From: Acidobacteria bacterium RIFCSPLOWO2_02_FULL_67_21
GTDB taxonomy: Bacteria; Acidobacteriota; Vicinamibacteria; Vicinamibacterales; UBA2999
Length of the DNA stretch: 64,000 nucleotides
Direction: 5' to 3'
NCBI GenBank assembly: GCA_001767195.1
Contig: MEKU01000003.1
Location: 20,710 to 84,709 of the forward strand
Every line of letters starts with the position of its first letter. The stretch's first letter is position 1. This document shows positions 62,856-64,000 of the stretch, one piece after another. A program made the translations under genes and the position numbers. The notes under the pieces were generated by a model that was not told the origin of the DNA, searched no databases, and was given only the letters and a program-made list of their open reading frames with translations.

Positions 62856-64000
62856 CCTTGACGACGAACGAGCGGTTCTGGATGTCGGGGACCCCGCGGC
62901 TGAGCGTCGTCCGGCCGTCGCTGTAGACGACGAACAGCTCGCTGCCGGGCGTGTATTCCCAGCGGAAGCGGGCGTTGGTCGACACGGCATCGGTCCGTGA
63001 CTGGTACTGCACCAGTCCCGACACGAACATGCGTGGCGACAACGTGTACGTGATGCGCGTGATACCCAGGTTCTCGTTCCCCTTCGCCCACGGCAGGTCG
63101 ATCCGGTTCCAGGAGATCGTCGGCTCGACGTACAGCTGAGGCGAGAATTCGATCCGGCTGCGCCAGCTCAGCTCGCGCCGTGTGCCTTCATAGAAGCCTC
63201 CGTACCGCACGCTCGCGGTGCCGCTGAGCTTCCGCTGCGGCCCGAAGGTGTACGCGCCGCGGAACTGGCGGAAGACGAAGTCGCCCACCGGCACGCGGAC
63301 ATCCTTGGCCACGAGGAACGGCTCGTCGATCGATTCCCGCGTCCGCAGCATGTCGAACTGCATGTTGTCGCCGCTGTTGAGATCGACGCGCACGAAGGCC
63401 AGTTGGTCGCGAGTCTGGAGATGCTGTCGGTCCGGGTCGGTAAAGTAATCGACCTCAATGGTGTACGAGAGCTTGCGGACTCCGGGCAGGTTTCTCGGCC
63501 GCGGCTCGAAGGCAAACCTCGCGCGCGATCGCACGTATCCCTCGGGACGCTGCACGAACCCGACCTCGGGATTGAAGTTGCTGCCGGCGGCGGTCTGCTC
63601 GATATCAACGGTCCACCGGTCGGGGTTCCAGGCAAACCGCGACCGGTACGCGAGGTCGTCCCCGTGGCGCCCTGGCGTCTCCGACTTCGCGATGAAGTTG
63701 ATGAACCCGACGTTCTCGTAGAAGTTCAGGACGGCGTCTGCGCCGTAGACGTAGTTGTGCGTCGCGCCGGACGCCGGGTTCCGGGTCGTGCTGATCACGC
63801 CGATGCGGCTGCGGCGCAGGAACTCCCGCTGCACGCGCACGGCGGTAAAGTCTGTGGTTACCGCCCCCACTGATGGCTCTTCGCCGGTGCGGATGGCCAT
63901 GGCCCCCACCCGGTACTTGCCGCTCCGGCCGAGCAGCCGCGTGCCGCCCAGAATGGGCACGACCGTGCCGTTCTCGATGCCGATGCGGCGGCTGAAGAAG
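62833..64000 (-). CDS. DUF5916-like outer-membrane/carbohydrate-binding family protein, 5' end outside the window
   Basis: The frame stays open to position 64000 ([23 protein letters not shown]...). A long beta-rich C-terminal region ends ...[12 protein letters not shown]. Confidence 0.6.
   Translation of the reverse strand, partial: FFSRRIGIENGTVVPILGGTRLLGRSGKYRVGAMAIRTGEEPSVGAVTTDFTAVRVQREFLRRSRIGVISTTRNPASGATHNYVYGADAVLNFYENVGFINFIAKSETPGRHGDDLAYRSRFAWNPDRWTVDIEQTAAGSNFNPEVGFVQRPEGYVRSRARFAFEPRPRNLPGVRKLSYTIEVDYFTDPDRQHLQTRDQLAFVRVDLNSGDNMQFDMLRTRESIDEPFLVAKDVRVPVGDFVFRQFRGAYTFGPQRKLSGTASVRYGGFYEGTRRELSWRSRIEFSPQLYVEPTISWNRIDLPWAKGNENLGITRITYTLSPRMFVSGLVQYQSRTDAVSTNARFRWEYTPGSELFVVYSDGRTTLSRGVPDIQNRSFVVKVTRFFQM

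Overview
High-GC (about two thirds G+C by eye) bacterial chromosome segment. Repeat types and gene content suggest Acidobacteriota-like, which cannot be verified here. It has three parts. (1) 1-20.8 kb: a complete minus-strand Flp/Tad (type IVb) pilus locus: two flp pilins, prepilin peptidase, tadE-like, cpaB, cpaC secretin, tadG-like, tadZ/cpaE, cpaF, tadB, tadC and a TPR lipoprotein. It continues by overlapping start/stop codons into an AAA+ ATPase and a double-vWA protein. A DUF192 gene and a receiver-PilZ gene lie upstream. A plus-strand exopolysaccharide-like block follows (epimerase, YaiO-like barrel, HEAT-repeat protein, processive GT2 synthase). (2) 20.8-47.3 kb: an accessory, IS-riddled regulatory island. 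It holds three paralogous receiver-PilZ proteins, two paralogous sigma54 activators with no N-terminal sensory domain (one frameshifted beside a (CTG)8 tract) and two paralogous four-Cys zinc-ribbon miniproteins behind conserved -24/-12-like motifs. It also holds an HTH-GAF protein, a PilZ plus PilZ-REC-HD-GYP pair, and MarR. Mobile DNA includes an IS630 copy, three IS21 remnants, and an IS3 split by a recombinase-in-trio (RIT) element. (3) 47.3-64 kb: a secreted Ig-domain protein and a barrel protein, then a housekeeping core: dinB-like, xerC, trmFO, topA, dprA, TPR/lipoprotein pair, rplU, rpmA, obg, nadD, rsfS, comF and a DUF5916-like gene running off the end. Short palindromic or tandem repeats sit between and even inside these core genes. 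The most interesting candidate system is the repeated REC-PilZ / sensor-less sigma54 activator / miniprotein module, a possible c-di-GMP plus phosphorylation input into sigma54 transcription. No rRNA, tRNA or CRISPR array was recognised. All calls come from reading the sequence and ORF translations; no database search was possible.
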